NCBI GenBank assembly: GCA_963801355.1
Contig: CAWDEM010000008.1
Coordinates: 704,001 to 768,000, forward strand
Reading direction: 5' to 3'
Source: Ignavibacteriota bacterium
GTDB lineage: Bacteria > Bacteroidota > Ignavibacteria > UBA10030 > UBA6906
DNA length: 64,000 bases
Shown here: positions 20,681-29,889 of the stretch, piece after piece
Numbering within the stretch: position 1 is the stretch's first letter
How the letters are laid out: each line of letters begins with the position of its first letter
The notes under the pieces: model-generated
The model's database searches: none
Seen by the model: the letters and a program-made list of their open reading frames with translations, nothing else
What the model was told of the DNA's origin: nothing
Translations under genes and position numbers: made by a program

Positions 20681-21667
20681 TCATTTCCAGGATACAGGGA
20701 GATTGCGTTCGATCTCAATATTTCCGAACGGCTTGCTTTCTTTCGCGCCTGCTGCTCTCGCCCACGTTGCCATCCGGCGCAGTCCCTCGTCGAGGCTCAC
20801 CGGGTTGGATTGGCCGAACCGTTTTCGAACTTTTGCGTGATCGGAGAAGGCATGAAGTACCTCATTTCGCGGATCAAGATGCCTCAACTCCGGTTTCACA
20901 CCCATGGCAACGGCAACTTTCTCCGCAAGGGTCTTGACCGAGTACGGCGTGTCTGCACCGATGTTGTAGGTGGTGTTCCAGGATTCCGGTAATGCAATGC
21001 TCCTGGCGATCACCGGGGCGACATCGGCGATGTGGGTAAATGCGCGAGTCTGGGTCCCATCGCCGAAAACGGTCATGGGCTTGCCCTGCATGATCTGGTT
21101 CATGAAAATGCCGATGACGTTCCGGTACTTATCACCGATGTTCTGCCGCTCGCCGTACACGTTGTGCGGGCGGAAGATCACGTAGTTCAATCCAAACATC
21201 CGGTGAGTGACTTCCAGTTCTCTTTCGACGGCAAGCTTTGCGATCCCGTAAGAGTCTTCCGGTTCGGGCACCATGGTTTCGGTGAGAGGACTCTGTCCCA
21301 CCCCGTACACGGCGATCGAAGAAGTGAAGACGAAGCAGCGCGAGCGATTATTCACTGCTGCATTGATAAGGTTGACACTTCCTACCAGATTATTTTCGTA
21401 GTTGAACCTCTTGATGAAATGGCTGAGTCCCTCGGCGGCATACGCTGCAAGATGGAAGACCCCTTCATAGCGATCTGCAGCAAAAAGGCGATTTATCAGA
21501 TGCACGTCCGTAATGGAGCCCTCGACAAACGTAGCGCGCGCGGGCACGTTTTCCAGGAAACCGCCGCTCAAATCGTCCAGAACAACAACTTCGTGTCCGG
21601 CTGCCAGCAGGGCATCGGCGACATGTGAACCGATAAAACCCGCACCGCCTGTGACAAGGCATCTCAT
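20681..21667 (-). CDS. NAD-dependent epimerase/dehydratase (UDP-glucose 4-epimerase-like)
   Basis: TGGAGFIGSH, YGIAK (YxxxK), NVYG. Confidence 0.92.
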   Translation of the reverse strand: MRCLVTGGAGFIGSHVADALLAAGHEVVVLDDLSGGFLENVPARATFVEGSITDVHLINRLFAADRYEGVFHLAAYAAEGLSHFIKRFNYENNLVGSVNLINAAVNNRSRCFVFTSSIAVYGVGQSPLTETMVPEPEDSYGIAKLAVERELEVTHRMFGLNYVIFRPHNVYGERQNIGDKYRNVIGIFMNQIMQGKPMTVFGDGTQTRAFTHIADVAPVIARSIALPESWNTTYNIGADTPYSVKTLAEKVAVAMGVKPELRHLDPRNEVLHAFSDHAKVRKRFGQSNPVSLDEGLRRMATWARAAGAKESKPFGNIEIERNLPVSWK

Positions 21668-22019
21668 GCGCAATACAACTCCTTTCGTGACCCCCAGGGC
21701 GAGAGAGAACAGCTTGAGGGCCTAATCTATCAATATATTACCCCGTAATCCAGTGGGGCCATCACGATCATGACAAGGACCACGCCCGACGGTCATTTTT
21801 CCCTCCCCCCCGGGGCGACGCATACTGCGGCTTGTGACCACACTTCGGATGTTGCGCAAGGGGTTGCACAGATGGGCAATATTGGACACCGGAAGTCCAC
21901 AATCTGACCGGGCGTAACCGAATTCAGCGCATTGAGATATCGTCCTAAACTGGCCGAAGATTTGCATAGTTTTTCCCAAGTCATCCAGACGGATGAGCAC
22001 CAATAACAGGGAGACTCAT

Positions 22020-23558
22020 ATGCGTATTTGCACTGTCGTTCTATTCCTGCTGATAGCTTCCATCGCTTTCGGGCAGGTAAGCGTCATAAGCACCACGCCG
22101 GCGAACGCCACCACTGGTGTTCCTCTCACAACCACTGTCAGTGTGACATTCAGCGGCGCAATCGATACAACGCAATCGTTCGACATTGGCGACAACTTCT
22201 TCACAAACGTCACCACCGCACCCGCCCAGTGGTGGAGCGCCGACCGTCGGACGATATCCTTCTCGGTGGTTCTCCAGCCCTCGACCGTCTATTTTCTCCT
22301 GATCCACAGTGTGAAGCCTGCTGCCGGCGGGGGATTCCCCGTCCCGTACTGCTTCTACTGGACCACCTCGGCGGCATTCCCCACGAATCTTCACAGTGTG
22401 AGTGGAATGATTCAGAGCGGCGGGAGTCCTGTCACGCCCGACAACGCCATTGTCGGACTTGCAGCGACCCCATTTTCGGGTGGCTCCCCCCCTGACTTCA
22501 TCGGCGGAGCAGTGACAAATTCCCTCGGACAGTTCACCATTCCGTATATTCCCGATGGGACATGGTATCCGATTGCTGCGAAGGACGCAGACTTGAACGG
22601 TGAGATTGACCCGGGAACGGGAGATCCAATTGCTTTCGGCTCGAGCGTTACGGTGAGCGGAACCAACGTTACCGGCCTCATCTTGCAGTTCCTTTCATTC
22701 GAGCCGCTCCGTTTCGCGGCAGCGCGCGACTCGATTTCTGCTATGGCAGCAGCGCTTCTCCCCGCAAATCGTGAGCTCCGTCAATTCAACGCCTGGCAGG
22801 TAGATACCACCGGAGCTGCGAAGGAATTCGATGGCATTTACACAGTCCCCGGAAGCCGGCTCACCGCTCAGATCTGGCTTCAAACGTTCGGGGCACAGGC
22901 CGAGACTACGTCGTTCGGGGACGAGTGGACCTACCAACTTCGGCCCTACACAGGCCTCGCCTCAGCGGCCTTGCTGGATTCGGTCGTTGCGCGCGCGGAG
23001 CGCACGGGAGGAAAGGAGTTTCGCAGACAGGTCCCTCCAGACGCTAACAGCTACTTTGTTGCCTATGCCCGGCTCGGTGCACTCCACAGAACGGAATTTA
23101 ACTGGCTGATTTCCGATACCAGCCAGTACTACTGGGCGCTACAATACTTATTCCAGATACAGGTCACGCAGGACAGCGGCTACTCGGTGGCAAGCAAAAT
23201 CTGGCTCGCGAGCGCCACGACGGGACAGATCCTCCTCGCGACCGATGTTGAACAGCAGGCCGAGCCCGCCATCCCGACAACGTACACGCTCGGGCAGAAT
23301 TATCCAAATCCGTTCAACCCGGCCACGACGATCACCTTCTCCGTCCCGACAGAAAGCCGCGTGTCGATCGAAGTGTTCAACGTGCTCGGGGAAAAGGTAG
23401 CAACGCTTCTGGACGATGTCCGAACAGCGGGAAGCCATCAGACCGTATGGAAGGCTCAGGTTCCCTCCGGCATCTACTTCTACCGGATGGACGCCGCCGG
23501 AACCGACGCGCCATCACAGCATTTCACGCAGGTGCGCAAAATGATGCTCGTCCGCTGA
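22020..23558 (+). CDS. Secreted protein with Ig-like domains and T9SS type A C-terminal sorting domain
   Basis: Signal peptide; VISTTPANATTGVP Ig-like start; LGQNYPNPFNPATTI...SGIYFYRM...RKMMLVR. Confidence 0.85.
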   Translation: MRICTVVLFLLIASIAFGQVSVISTTPANATTGVPLTTTVSVTFSGAIDTTQSFDIGDNFFTNVTTAPAQWWSADRRTISFSVVLQPSTVYFLLIHSVKPAAGGGFPVPYCFYWTTSAAFPTNLHSVSGMIQSGGSPVTPDNAIVGLAATPFSGGSPPDFIGGAVTNSLGQFTIPYIPDGTWYPIAAKDADLNGEIDPGTGDPIAFGSSVTVSGTNVTGLILQFLSFEPLRFAAARDSISAMAAALLPANRELRQFNAWQVDTTGAAKEFDGIYTVPGSRLTAQIWLQTFGAQAETTSFGDEWTYQLRPYTGLASAALLDSVVARAERTGGKEFRRQVPPDANSYFVAYARLGALHRTEFNWLISDTSQYYWALQYLFQIQVTQDSGYSVASKIWLASATTGQILLATDVEQQAEPAIPTTYTLGQNYPNPFNPATTITFSVPTESRVSIEVFNVLGEKVATLLDDVRTAGSHQTVWKAQVPSGIYFYRMDAAGTDAPSQHFTQVRKMMLVR

Positions 23559-23584
23559 TCGCCGGCCTACACCCGATTTCACCG

Positions 23585-23618
23585 GAGGCCCGCACAAACT
23601 GTGGGCCTCTTTTTTTTT
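23585..23618 (+). terminator. Rho-independent terminator
   Basis: GAGGCCC...GGGCCTC stem followed by T9. Confidence 0.85.
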
Positions 23619-23620
23619 GT

Positions 23621-23649
23621 TTGATTCTCGCGTGCCTCTCCCCTATCTT
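23621..23649 (+). promoter_or_regulatory. Sigma70-type promoter of the molybdoenzyme operon
   Basis: TTGATT-17nt-TATCTT. Confidence 0.5.
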
Positions 23650-23733
23650 ACTGCCGCGCCACTGATTTCCCGCGCTGTTGGACAGTTTACACCCGAGGGG
23701 TGCACGACAGTTCCGTCCGATTCTCGAGAGGAG

Positions 23734-24216
23734 ATGATCATGGAGGAGACACTCCGGTTCAAGCTCAATGGCAAGCAGGTCTCTATAACCGTGGATAGTG
23801 ACCGCATGCTCCTGTGGGTGCTGCGGACTAACCTTGGATTGACAGGGACCAAATACGGATGCGGACAGAGCCAGTGCGGCGCCTGCACGGTTCTTGTCGA
23901 CAACAAGGCGGTCCGTTCGTGTATGACACCCGTGAAAGACGTCAGGGGCAAAGAAGTGATTACCATCGAAGGATTGGGAGGCGGCGGGACGTTACACCCT
24001 CTGCAGAAGGCGTTTATGGAGACCGACGCACTCCAGTGCGGATACTGCACGCCAGGCATGATCATGAACGCGTATGCGTTCCTTCGCAGGAAGCCTCACC
24101 CCACACCAGACGATATTGTCGGGGCGATGGACGATAACCTCTGCCGTTGCGGGGCTCATACACGCATTGTTCAGGCGATTCAGGACGCAGCCTCAGAAAT
24201 GAGAGGAGGATCCTGA
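23734..24216 (+). CDS. (2Fe-2S)-binding small subunit, IorA/CoxS family
   Basis: GCGQSQCGAC, QCGYCTPG, NLCRCG. Confidence 0.93.
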   Translation: MIMEETLRFKLNGKQVSITVDSDRMLLWVLRTNLGLTGTKYGCGQSQCGACTVLVDNKAVRSCMTPVKDVRGKEVITIEGLGGGGTLHPLQKAFMETDALQCGYCTPGMIMNAYAFLRRKPHPTPDDIVGAMDDNLCRCGAHTRIVQAIQDAASEMRGGS

Positions 24217-24217
24217 G

Positions 24218-26377
24218 ATGAACGAGATCCCTGGTTCTGGAAACGGCGAGTTCACAGACGATCGTGGCATCAGCCGGCGGGATTTTCTGAAAGTGACAGG
24301 CAGCGGTCTGTTCCTCTACTTCACCATTGGAGAAGTGCCGTTGATTCAGCAGGAGGTCCAGAGTCGGAGGGCCTCACCGGGATTGCCGTCGGATTTCAAT
24401 GCCTTTCTCAAAATCGGAGAGGACGGGCGCGTTACCTGCTACACCGGAAAAATTGAGATGGGTCAGGGTGCGATTACCTCGCTCGCTCAAGAACTTGCGG
24501 ACGAATTGGATGTTGCTCTCGACGCCGTGGATATGGTCATGGGGGACACCGATCTCTGTCCTTACGACATGGGGACGTTTGGATCGATGACGACGCGCTT
24601 CTTCGGCCCCCCTCTCCGCAACGCCGGCGCACAGGCACGACAGGTATTGCTCCAGCTGGCTTCCGAGAGCCTCAAGGTTCCAGTCACGAATCTCGCAGTA
24701 GAAAGCGGAGTGGTGTTCGACAAAACCAGCACCGCCCGCCGCGTGTCGTATGGCCAGCTTACCCGGGGAAGACGAATTGAGCGACACCTTACTGAGCCAG
24801 CGGTCACCAAGAAGCCAGCCGACTTCAAGATCATGGGGAAGCCGGCGCTCCGGAGAGATGCGAGGGCGAAGGTAACCGGCGGCGCGAAATACACCGGTGA
24901 CATTCAATTGCCCGGGATGGTCTATGCGAAGCTGCTGCGACCTCCTGCGCACGATTCGAAAATGCTTGACGTAGACCTTTCTGAAGCTAAGAAGGTCCCA
25001 GGAATAGAGATCATTCAGCAGGGGGATTTCGTGGCAGTGTTGCACAAGTACCCGGATGTCGCGGAGGACGCCCTGTCGAAGATCAGAGCGAAATTCGAGA
25101 CCCCACAATCGAATCTTGACGACACCACCATTTTTGACCATTTGCTGAAAGTGGCGCCTGAGGGGAAAATTGTGGCGCAGGGTGGAAATGTGCAGGAGGG
25201 AGAGCGTGCAGCCAATGCAGTCTTTGAAGAGACCTATCTCGATGGATACAAGGCGCATGCGCCTATTGAACCGCACACTGCAGTCGTGAAGATCGAAGAC
25301 AACAAGGCCACCGTCTGGGCCTCTACACAAACACCCTTCGGTGCCAGAGATGAAGTAGCGAAGGAACTTGGCATCGCACCGGAGAATGTGAGAATCATCC
25401 CGCCCTTCGTGGGTGGCGGGTTCGGTGGGAAGACAACAAACCTGCAGATTGGTGAAGCTGCCCGTTGCGCGAGACTCTGCGGGAAACCCGTGCAGGTTGC
25501 CTGGTCAAGGAAAGAGGAATTCTTCTTCGATTCGTTCCGGCCCGCCGCGGTGGTCAAGATACGATCCGGCCTGGGGGCCGGGGGGACCATTGCTTTCTGG
25601 GACTATGGAGTCTACTTTGCGGGCGAACGGGGGTCCCAGCATTTCTATGCGATCCCCCACCACAAGACCGTGGCCTACAATTCAAGCTGGGGAGGAGCCA
25701 AGGGAGCGCACCCGTTCTCCACCGGACCCTGGCGTGCGCCGGCGAATAACACCAACACGTTTGCCCGCGAGAGTCACATTGACACGATAGCAGCAAAAGC
25801 AGGTATCGACCCCGTTGAATTCCGTCTCCGCAATTTCGCAGACGCCAAAATGAAACGCGTCCTTGAGGCGGCAGCTGAGAAAGCCGGATGGAAACCAGCG
25901 AAAGCACCGAGCGGCAGAGGATTTGGTGTGGCCTGTGGAATTGATGCCGGAACATACGTGGCTGCGATCGCTGAAGTGGATGTCGACAGAGCCACGGGCC
26001 GGGTAAAAACCAAGAGGGTCGTCTGTGCACAGGATATGGGTCAGGTGATCAATCCGGAAGGTGCCGCCATCCAGATGGAAGGGTGCATTACGATGGGGCT
26101 CGGCTATTCCCTGACCGAAGATATCCGCTTCAAAGGCAGAGCGGTACTTGACGAGAATTTCGACACATACCAGATTCCCAGGTTTTCCTGGCTGCCCAAG
26201 ATAGAGACGGTGATCCTTGACCGGAAGGATGACCCGCCTCAAGGCGGAGGTGAGCCGGCAATCGTCGTGATGGGAGCAATCATTGGGAATGCGATCTATG
26301 ATGCAGTCGGGGTACGGCTGCATCAGTTGCCGATGAACCCCGGGAGGGTCAAAGAAGCGCTGAATCGGGGTCAGTAA
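24218..26377 (+). CDS. Molybdopterin-binding large subunit, isoquinoline 1-oxidoreductase beta (IorB)-like, Tat-exported
   Basis: SRRDFLK Tat motif; KIEMGQG, GGGFGG, WRAP, GGGEP. Confidence 0.9.
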   Translation: MNEIPGSGNGEFTDDRGISRRDFLKVTGSGLFLYFTIGEVPLIQQEVQSRRASPGLPSDFNAFLKIGEDGRVTCYTGKIEMGQGAITSLAQELADELDVALDAVDMVMGDTDLCPYDMGTFGSMTTRFFGPPLRNAGAQARQVLLQLASESLKVPVTNLAVESGVVFDKTSTARRVSYGQLTRGRRIERHLTEPAVTKKPADFKIMGKPALRRDARAKVTGGAKYTGDIQLPGMVYAKLLRPPAHDSKMLDVDLSEAKKVPGIEIIQQGDFVAVLHKYPDVAEDALSKIRAKFETPQSNLDDTTIFDHLLKVAPEGKIVAQGGNVQEGERAANAVFEETYLDGYKAHAPIEPHTAVVKIEDNKATVWASTQTPFGARDEVAKELGIAPENVRIIPPFVGGGFGGKTTNLQIGEAARCARLCGKPVQVAWSRKEEFFFDSFRPAAVVKIRSGLGAGGTIAFWDYGVYFAGERGSQHFYAIPHHKTVAYNSSWGGAKGAHPFSTGPWRAPANNTNTFARESHIDTIAAKAGIDPVEFRLRNFADAKMKRVLEAAAEKAGWKPAKAPSGRGFGVACGIDAGTYVAAIAEVDVDRATGRVKTKRVVCAQDMGQVINPEGAAIQMEGCITMGLGYSLTEDIRFKGRAVLDENFDTYQIPRFSWLPKIETVILDRKDDPPQGGGEPAIVVMGAIIGNAIYDAVGVRLHQLPMNPGRVKEALNRGQ

Positions 26378-26427
26378 ACCGTCGCTCGCTCGGCGTCGAC
26401 GATTACCGGAGCCGGACCGGCTAACCG

Positions 26428-27384
26428 CTACAAGGGGAAGAGCGGTTGCAGACCGCGTGTACCGGCAAGGATTTCCACCCTCTCCTCCGGCGTGAGTGGG
26501 ACAAACTCCGTGGCGAGGGTCAGGGCAAGGTTATAAAGGTTGAGGTCTCCCGGCGGGATCGCAGCAGTCACATCCTCACTCAACGTGAACCGCACTGCCG
26601 CGCGAGCTGTTTCCGGGTCATCGATCGGTTCGTACCAGGCTTTCGGATATGTTTTTCTGGCTCCCTCCGGCAGGGGGCCGCGTGCGAGCATCTTCAACGC
26701 TAGCCGTGCAACTCCCTTCTTCTTTGCGGCCTCCATGACGGCCGGTCCGAAGTTTCCCTGCGCATAACACACCATGTTGAATGGGAAGAGCACGGAATCA
26801 AACGGGAAGCGGTCCATCATTGCAAGCGCTGCGGTTTCGGAGTGAGCGGAGAAGCCGATATACCTGATCATCCCGGCATCGCGTGATCTCAGCACTGTTT
26901 CCATCGCACCGCCTGCAGCAAATATCTGCTCCACGTCTTCCGCTTTCGTGACGGCATGAAACTGATACAGATCGAAGTGATCTGTGTGAAGTCGCTTGAG
27001 TGAGTGCGCAAGTTCCGCTTGCGACCCGGCCGCACTTCTCTCCGTTGTCTTGCAGGCGAGGAAGACGTCCTTCCGGTAAGGTTCGAGCGCCGGTCCGAGC
27101 TTTTCTTCGGCCTCCCCCCGGCCGTAGGATGGCGCCACGTCAAAGTAATTCACACCGTGCTCGATCGATTGCGCAACAACGTGGTTTGCGTCACGCTGCT
27201 GCATACCCATGAGCACAATCCCCCCGCACCCGATGACAGAAAGCTCGACGCCGTCTCTGTAACGGCGTTTCGGCAAAGGTTTCTCTGCGGTGGATTTCAT
27301 CATCGCGTTCACGAGGTTGTTCCTGTTAGCCCGTCCAAAGATGACCGCCAGCAAAGAGCCGGTCAGAAAATGTCGGCGTTTCAT
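26428..27384 (-). CDS. Aldo/keto reductase with Tat-like leader
   Basis: MKRRHFL; YFDVAPSYG, ACKT, DLYQFH, IGFSAH. Confidence 0.88.
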   Translation of the reverse strand: MKRRHFLTGSLLAVIFGRANRNNLVNAMMKSTAEKPLPKRRYRDGVELSVIGCGGIVLMGMQQRDANHVVAQSIEHGVNYFDVAPSYGRGEAEEKLGPALEPYRKDVFLACKTTERSAAGSQAELAHSLKRLHTDHFDLYQFHAVTKAEDVEQIFAAGGAMETVLRSRDAGMIRYIGFSAHSETAALAMMDRFPFDSVLFPFNMVCYAQGNFGPAVMEAAKKKGVARLALKMLARGPLPEGARKTYPKAWYEPIDDPETARAAVRFTLSEDVTAAIPPGDLNLYNLALTLATEFVPLTPEERVEILAGTRGLQPLFPL

Positions 27385-27421
27385 AGACTTTTCGGGGACA
27401 GACCCCGCCTCCATTGTAACT

Positions 27422-29140
27422 TCATCTGCCCTGCGCACTCACGGTTTTCCGTGGGAATTTCCCGTCACGAGTCGCTGCGTTGTAGACGAAGAAGGCCATG
27501 ATGCAAGCGGCTTGCTTCATATCTTCTTCAACCACGCGCTCGTACACGTCCATGTTGTAGTGGTGTGTTCGGGACTCATAATCCAAGGGATCTTGTATGA
27601 ATTGGAATCCCGGCAGACCGACATTGTCAAATGATGTGTGATCCGTCCCCCCGGTATTCCGGGCTGTAATGGTCTGGGCGGTTGGGTCTCCATAGGCGCC
27701 AAACCAACTCCTGAATATCGGCCGGGCCGCCTCATTCCCTTGCAGATAGATACCACGGATTCTCCCCGACCCGTTGTCGTGATTGAAATACACCGAGACT
27801 TCATCGTAGGCGGGCATCCGTGTGACAGCCGGACCGGGTCCTGCGGAGAAGCCCCCACCGGAGTCGCCGGTATCGCGCCTGGCAAAGAATTCTGACACAT
27901 ATTCACGCGAGCCGATCAGCCCCTGCTCTTCAGCTCCCCACAATCCCATGCGGATGGTGCGGCGCGGCTTCAATCCATAGTCCTTTGAAAGGCGTTGCAG
28001 GATGCGTAGTGCTTCCATGCAGGTCGCGGTACCAGTATTGTTGTCGGTCGCACCTGTGCCCGAATGCCAGGTATCGAAGTGCGCGCCGAGCATCACCACT
28101 TCGTCCTTCAGATCTGTCCCGGGGATTTCCGCTATGATATTGAAACCCGAATCCGGGGTGGTGAATGCAACCTGGATGCCCATCTGCATCTTCACGCTCG
28201 CACCCTTCTGCAGCATCCTGACCATGCGGTTGTAGTGCTCTGCAGCGACCACCACCTGGGGAAGAGTCTCAGGGGCAGAAGGATCGTACGCCCCCATTCG
28301 CCGTTGGTCGACTTCACCTGCTGCTTGTGGCAGCGAGGCAGCTTGAACGAGAATAGTGCCCTGGTCACCGGAACCGGCGGTAAGGACGGCGAGTGCGCCT
28401 TCGTTCAACGCGAACCGGAGTTTCGCCGGGGCCATTTGCATGCTCACAACGCGACTGCGCATAGCTGCGGTGTCGACATCAGGGAACATCGCCGCAGTCG
28501 CGGCAATTGCCGAATCGATATTCTGAGCATTCAACCTGCCTCTCCAGGCGCGTCTTCCTCCCCGGCGACCCGCCTGGATGTCTGCATTTGCCAATCTCAG
28601 CAACACAGAATCAGCAAGCCGTTCTGCAAGTGGTTCAAAATGCGGCTTGACTGCGACGGGGGGAGTGGCAAGGACGAATTTTCCTTTGAGTGTGCCTTTG
28701 TATTTTCCAAGTTCTCCGAGGTTCTCCGCATCAAGGAAGACCACATCTGCTTCCTTTGCTTTCAATCCGGGCGACCATGCCGCGGGGAATGCAATAAGGG
28801 GAAATGCAACCGGAGAAGTCACCATCGCAGAGAACTCCTTGAGCGTCCATCCCTTTCCCGTCGGCGCCCATCGGTCATAAGCGACATGCGTAATCCCCCA
28901 TTCCCCGAGCTTCCGGACAACCCAGTCGGCACCGCGAACATATTCCGGAGACCATGAGAGACGCGGCGAATACACATCGCACAACGAACTCAGGATGTCC
29001 ATTATCTGAGAGTTCACGAGCCCCTCCGCTTTGATCTTTGAAACTACAGCGGTATCGACTCGTTCGACCTGGCCGAATGTGTGCGCGTAAGAAACGAGCA
29101 GGACCAGGATCAACGTCAGAGTGACCTGTGAGTGCCTCAT
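27422..29140 (-). CDS. Secreted M28 family peptidase (carboxypeptidase Q-like)
   Basis: GAHFDTW, GATDN, AEEQGL, TDH, THH zinc-ligand motifs; signal peptide. Confidence 0.9.
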   Translation of the reverse strand: MRHSQVTLTLILVLLVSYAHTFGQVERVDTAVVSKIKAEGLVNSQIMDILSSLCDVYSPRLSWSPEYVRGADWVVRKLGEWGITHVAYDRWAPTGKGWTLKEFSAMVTSPVAFPLIAFPAAWSPGLKAKEADVVFLDAENLGELGKYKGTLKGKFVLATPPVAVKPHFEPLAERLADSVLLRLANADIQAGRRGGRRAWRGRLNAQNIDSAIAATAAMFPDVDTAAMRSRVVSMQMAPAKLRFALNEGALAVLTAGSGDQGTILVQAASLPQAAGEVDQRRMGAYDPSAPETLPQVVVAAEHYNRMVRMLQKGASVKMQMGIQVAFTTPDSGFNIIAEIPGTDLKDEVVMLGAHFDTWHSGTGATDNNTGTATCMEALRILQRLSKDYGLKPRRTIRMGLWGAEEQGLIGSREYVSEFFARRDTGDSGGGFSAGPGPAVTRMPAYDEVSVYFNHDNGSGRIRGIYLQGNEAARPIFRSWFGAYGDPTAQTITARNTGGTDHTSFDNVGLPGFQFIQDPLDYESRTHHYNMDVYERVVEEDMKQAACIMAFFVYNAATRDGKFPRKTVSAQGR

Positions 29141-29216
29141 CGGTTATTCATCCTCCAGATAAGCTTTTTCGGCATTTGATGCATATGAAACGGGGTACGT
29201 TGTCCGCCTGTAACAT

Positions 29217-29861
29217 TCAGACTTTGAAAAGTCCGTCAGAATTCGAACCAATCAATCCCGCCTTGTACGACCGATCGTCAACGTACGCCAGCCGCCTGAT
29301 CATCGAGGACGTGAGGATCTTGAATTTGCGTGCTGTGTCGAGCCCATCGGCAACCCGCTGCAGTTGGTCGTCATCGCCCATCCAGTTGATTGGGTCGAAC
29401 CGCTCGAGGTTGACCGGAACGGTGTATGCCCGGAGCGTCTTCTCCTTCGCAACGTTGTAGAACTGCTCAAAATAGGAGATGACAAGCTCGCGGAGGGACT
29501 GGTGGATAGGCTCACGGTATGTCAGGCCTGCGTAATTGGACTTTGCCACCGCACCCCAGTGTCCGGCGACTTTGAAAACTGCGAGAATGTGATCATCGTC
29601 CCGGTCGTTCGGGAGCATGTCAACCAGGAGTGGCGGGAAGCCAAGCCTTCTGAGCGCGGCGGCGGCAAAGAGCGCACCATCAAAACAATGTGCCTTCCGG
29701 TCCAGGAGGACAGTCCGGGGGGACCGGTACCTGTCATCCGCGCTGTAGGGAAGTTCCCAGAGAAACTCCTGGATCCTGACCGGGCTATCCAGCGATTGCA
29801 GCACACTCATATCCGATGCAGAAAATGACGTCCTGAATGTTCTTCTCAGGCTCGTGTCCAT
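29217..29861 (-). CDS. Conserved hypothetical protein, transglutaminase-like fold suspected
   Basis: AHCFDGALFAAAAL and DDDHILAVF (Cys...His spacing typical of TGase-like proteins). Confidence 0.65.
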   Translation of the reverse strand: MDTSLRRTFRTSFSASDMSVLQSLDSPVRIQEFLWELPYSADDRYRSPRTVLLDRKAHCFDGALFAAAALRRLGFPPLLVDMLPNDRDDDHILAVFKVAGHWGAVAKSNYAGLTYREPIHQSLRELVISYFEQFYNVAKEKTLRAYTVPVNLERFDPINWMGDDDQLQRVADGLDTARKFKILTSSMIRRLAYVDDRSYKAGLIGSNSDGLFKV

Positions 29862-29889
29862 ATTTGGGTCCCGGCTTGCATTGTTCGTT

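Noticed and set aside
23734-26377. CO dehydrogenase
   Set aside because: No AYxCSFR motif and no FAD subunit; domain order and Tat signal fit IorB-like enzymes.
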